From positions 248,001 to 312,000 of the forward strand of contig JAMWBK010000011.1 in the NCBI GenBank assembly GCA_029953675.1: DNA of 64,000 nt. The letters are read 5' to 3'. This DNA is from Rhodosorus marinus CCMP1338. Taxonomy: Eukaryota > Plantae > Rhodophyta. The translations under genes and the position numbers were made by a program. Under the pieces are notes generated by a model. It searched no databases. It saw nothing but the letters and a program-made list of their open reading frames with translations, and was not told the DNA's origin. This document shows positions 59,446 through 64,000 of this stretch, piece by piece (the first letter of the stretch is position 1; the number at the start of each line of letters is the position of its first letter).

Positions 59446-59903
59446 AACCGGACCAACATATCCTGCTTCGCTGGGTTTAGCTCCTATCTCCTTATTACCA
59501 GGATTCGGACGGTTCTCCACCGAGGGACTACATGGGTCTTTTTTTTGTTTTGTTTCTAGCGCTTAAAAGCTAGCGCAGTTGCTTTCTAACTATTGACTGA
59601 ACGGAATTTGGAGGGAAACCTTAAAATAGCCTTCTGAGACAAGTCTGGAAATCCTCAAGCTTTGCCGAGGCAACCCGAGGCGTGGCCTTGTTGAATATCT
59701 TCTTTTCCGGCAGCTCCAGGTTTACCGTTCTGGCCGCCACTGACGGTCCGCCCGTTCGTGGTTCGATTAAGGTTTGCGAAAATACGTCCCCACCTAATCA
59801 TAGGCAAGCTGCACGCCTCCCTGCTTCGCCAACCTTTGAACCCCTGATTGACTTGCTCCCATCAAATCATGCACTATGCTATAATGGTACGCAGGATTAT
59901 CTC

Positions 59904-61769
59904 CTAGATCAGCGCGGGGGAGTCAACCACAGCCACACCGGCTGCTACTCCACCGTCGTCCACCGCTGAGAGCTTGGTCCTCAGCAAGTGACCCGAGGTT
60001 GAGTTCCTGAGGACAGCTCCGTTCTTCACCAGGTAGACGCCAAACATGCCAAGCTCGAAGACGCTCATACCTTTCACGTATAGCCCATTTCGGACCAAGA
60101 TCGATTCGTTCATTGCGGGTCTTATTCTCTCCATCAGGATGTACGCATTCAGCTCCGTTGCACTCATCCGTTTCAACTCGGAGGCCATTTCCTCCTCGTA
60201 AAGGTTGTTCCCTGTTCGTTAGGTCAAGACTTTTCAGTTGGAAACCGTGTATGGCGGCACTAGCCCGGGGGTTTGCTCACCTCCTCCTTCCCGTTGTGGC
60301 TTGAGCACGTATCCATGTGGGTTGGCAATAGCTAGCTTGGTAGCTTCAACACCGGATTCGCCGCTCATCGACCACTGCTTTGCAAAGCATTTCCGCACGA
60401 GATCGGCCTCCTCCACGTTCGGGAGAAACCTTTCAACAACACCGTCCAGGTCCAGCACCTGCTGAATTTTCTTTGTCCCGACGAGCTGGTAGGCGACGCT
60501 CGGACACTTTGCGGCAGAGGACTGCTCGAGCAACTCCCTAGCCTTCCAACACTTCTCCTCAGGGTAGTCATCTGGGGAGTAGCCGGCCCGGAAGTACACC
60601 ACTGAACCGATGAACTCTTCGACTCCAAGCCCAAGCCCACCGCTTTTGACATGAAGGGCGTGGCCGTCATCATCAAGGACAGTACAGAGCTCGGAGATCT
60701 GTTCGAGGCTCATACGAACGCAGTCGACTGCATGGTTTGCCATCAGGGTCTCGGACAGGCCCTCCTGATCGAAGATGTTGCGCTCGCCGTGTTGAACTAC
60801 CATGATAACCCTCACCGATTGATCTTCTTTCCCCTTCCTCGTTGCGACGAATTCGTCGTGCGCGAATGCCATCGCCGCAGCGAGCTCCGAGAGGAGATGG
60901 TTCTGAGGAAGCTCAACGTTTCCTGAACAACAAACGACAACCATCCAACCGATTTTTGTGAGCGTTGTGAACCCAGCCAGACGCGAGCTGCTAGTAGAGG
61001 GAGGTCAAGCTTAGCAGGTCTTCGTAGCTTACTGTTCGCCAACTTGGTCGTGAACTTGTGCAGAGACGTGGCGCGTGTGGACATGGTGCCAAACGAAGCT
61101 GCGATTGTGTTCAGCTCAACTTGTCGTAGCAGCGGAGTCTGATCCTCGGTTACAAAGTAATCGAAACGACATATCCCGAATTCGATCGGGGACACCTGCC
61201 TGTTTCCGTTCTCTACCACCGCGCTTTTGAATATCCCCATCAACCTGCCGGTGAATTCATCTACTTGAACAACCTCGGAGAGCGTACTGACCATGGAGAG
61301 CGTGTTTCAGGCGCGAGGATCAGTCGATTTGAATGCAGAAGAGATCATTAGCGCAGGTGTATTCGCGGATTCCAAAAACCGCTGAGTAAAGGCCAAGCTT
61401 GTAACTTACTCGAGTAGGAACTGGTGATCTCTAGATATCTCATAAACCAGCCGATTGAGGACAGGTGTGAGCTCACGAGCCTTCCGATAAATCTCCCTGT
61501 TCAACGGAGACGGGAACAGCGAAAAAGGGATATGCACAACCGTTGACCCACTCATCTTCGTCTTCTCCCAATCCTCTCGATCTAAATTTTTTTTAATCCA
61601 AAAGCACTGTGAGTGAGGCACTGAATATAAGATATGCAGATCCCGACCGGAAGGCAACGCGGGTGCTCCGCTTACCATTATCAATTGAGCAGGATTCCGG
61701 AGCGGTCATCACCATTCCATGTGATACTGCATACGTCACGGCTCGCTCAACCAGCCGTGAAACATCCAT
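59904..61769 (-). CDS. GSS: Eukaryotic glutathione synthetase, multi-exon
   Basis: HIPFSLFPSP, ICRFDYF, RQVELNTIAASFG, ERNIFDQ, YFRAGYSP, KCPSVAYQLVGTKKIQQ, YVLKPQREGGG|NN, YILMERI, ELGMFG, GHLLRTK, GGVAAG. Confidence 0.93.
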
Positions 61770-61922
61770 GGTAGATTCCTCAATCTAACTACTTAGAACA
61801 CAAGCACCGTCATCATCGAGCCAGCCATGCTGCGACGCTCTTATCCACTTCGCGCAGATGTGATAAACAGAGGACCAGGGGACTTGGATCAGGATGTAGT
61901 CACAATCCTGCGGGATTTCATA

Positions 61923-62065
61923 GTACTAGAAAGGACGTACAATAGAAGTACGACCCGCTCACGGGAATTTTAGCAAAACCAGTCGGTCAACAGTTCGCCC
62001 AGTAATGTTGACAGTACACGTACTACAACCTCTAGATAGTACATGTACGAAGACAGTAATTGTAC
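61923..62065. promoter_or_regulatory. Cluster of eight GTAC palindromes upstream of glutathione synthetase
   Basis: GTAC at 61923, 61937, 61948, 62014, 62020, 62039, 62045 and 62062. Confidence 0.45.
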
Positions 62066-62819
62066 GAAAAATGCTCACATACCCCTCAAATGATTCCACT
62101 ATACAAATATAAACAGTCAGCATTTTCATCCATAAACGAGTGTTGCACTTTAAACCATAGAAACTTTAAAATATATTCATATATTATTTTAATCTATCCA
62201 ATCATAATAATCAACCCCTTTTTACATTAAAAACAATACTGTAGGAAGGTTTGTTTATATATTTTTCCCCTCCACTGTAATTGACTCAAATACAGTCAAT
62301 ATAAAATCTATTTTCTAGAATATTCAGGCAAAAGTTTAATAAATTTCGTATAATCAGTCATATTCAATCTAATTTATATCATATAAGAGAAGTATTTGAG
62401 CCTACTAGGATGGACTAGCCAATCTATTCACCACATCCTTTTTTGTTACATTAAACAGAATCTGTAGAAACGACAGGTGTTCGTCTGAGCATGACCATTT
62501 TTTTCAAGGAAAAAAACAACAAATGAAGATATGCGGAAATCGATGCTAAAATCGGGGGGTGGGGTTTTGGGAGGGGGGTTTTGACGTTTTTGGAGAGGGG
62601 CCGTTGTGATCGGTGTTGTAATCCGGTGAGTTGATAGGTGACGTTGAAAAAGGATGGTTTTCGATAGGATTTGAACTGGTGAGGCGGAAGACTAGGTGTT
62701 GGATGAGGAAGGGGGTAGGTGTGGTTGGTTTAGTTTAGGAAACTTTCTTCAAGGGTGAAGGGAGGTTTGGTATAAAACAGGAGGGGGTTTTTTAAGAAGA
62801 AGGATCGAAGGAGGAAAGG

Positions 62820-64000
<1,181 letters not shown>

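Overview
Compact, intron-rich eukaryotic nuclear DNA with GT-AG introns mostly 65-150 bp and AT-rich spacers. MAF/MGF-type plastid presequences suggest a red alga (inference). Genes in order: a bacterial-type metallophosphoesterase, an ABC1 kinase, two divergent CPYC-type glutathione transferases, an intact Pol I-type family A DNA polymerase, a degenerate 5'-nuclease module directly upstream of it, a UAA/SLC35B nucleotide-sugar transporter and tRNA-Ile(UAU). Next come a ~1,470-aa Pol I paralogue with its catalytic motifs eroded, four glutathione peroxidase paralogues interrupted by a rearranged Ty1/copia relic, V-ATPase B, a tRNA-Gln-like pseudogene and a WD40 protein. The window ends with four tandem flavin/biliverdin-reductase-like genes, a gag-like relic, importin-4, glutathione synthetase and the 5' part of mitochondrial ATP synthase beta. 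The strongest novelty candidate is a linked active Pol I / pseudo-polymerase pair that shares a motif C intron and apparently a doubled 5'-nuclease architecture. Others are Cys-to-Ser twin-arginine GPX paralogues inside a glutathione-themed neighbourhood, a 769-bp intron with duplicated RNA hairpins, and a dense GTAC cluster upstream of glutathione synthetase. All gene models were spliced by eye and need RNA-seq confirmation.
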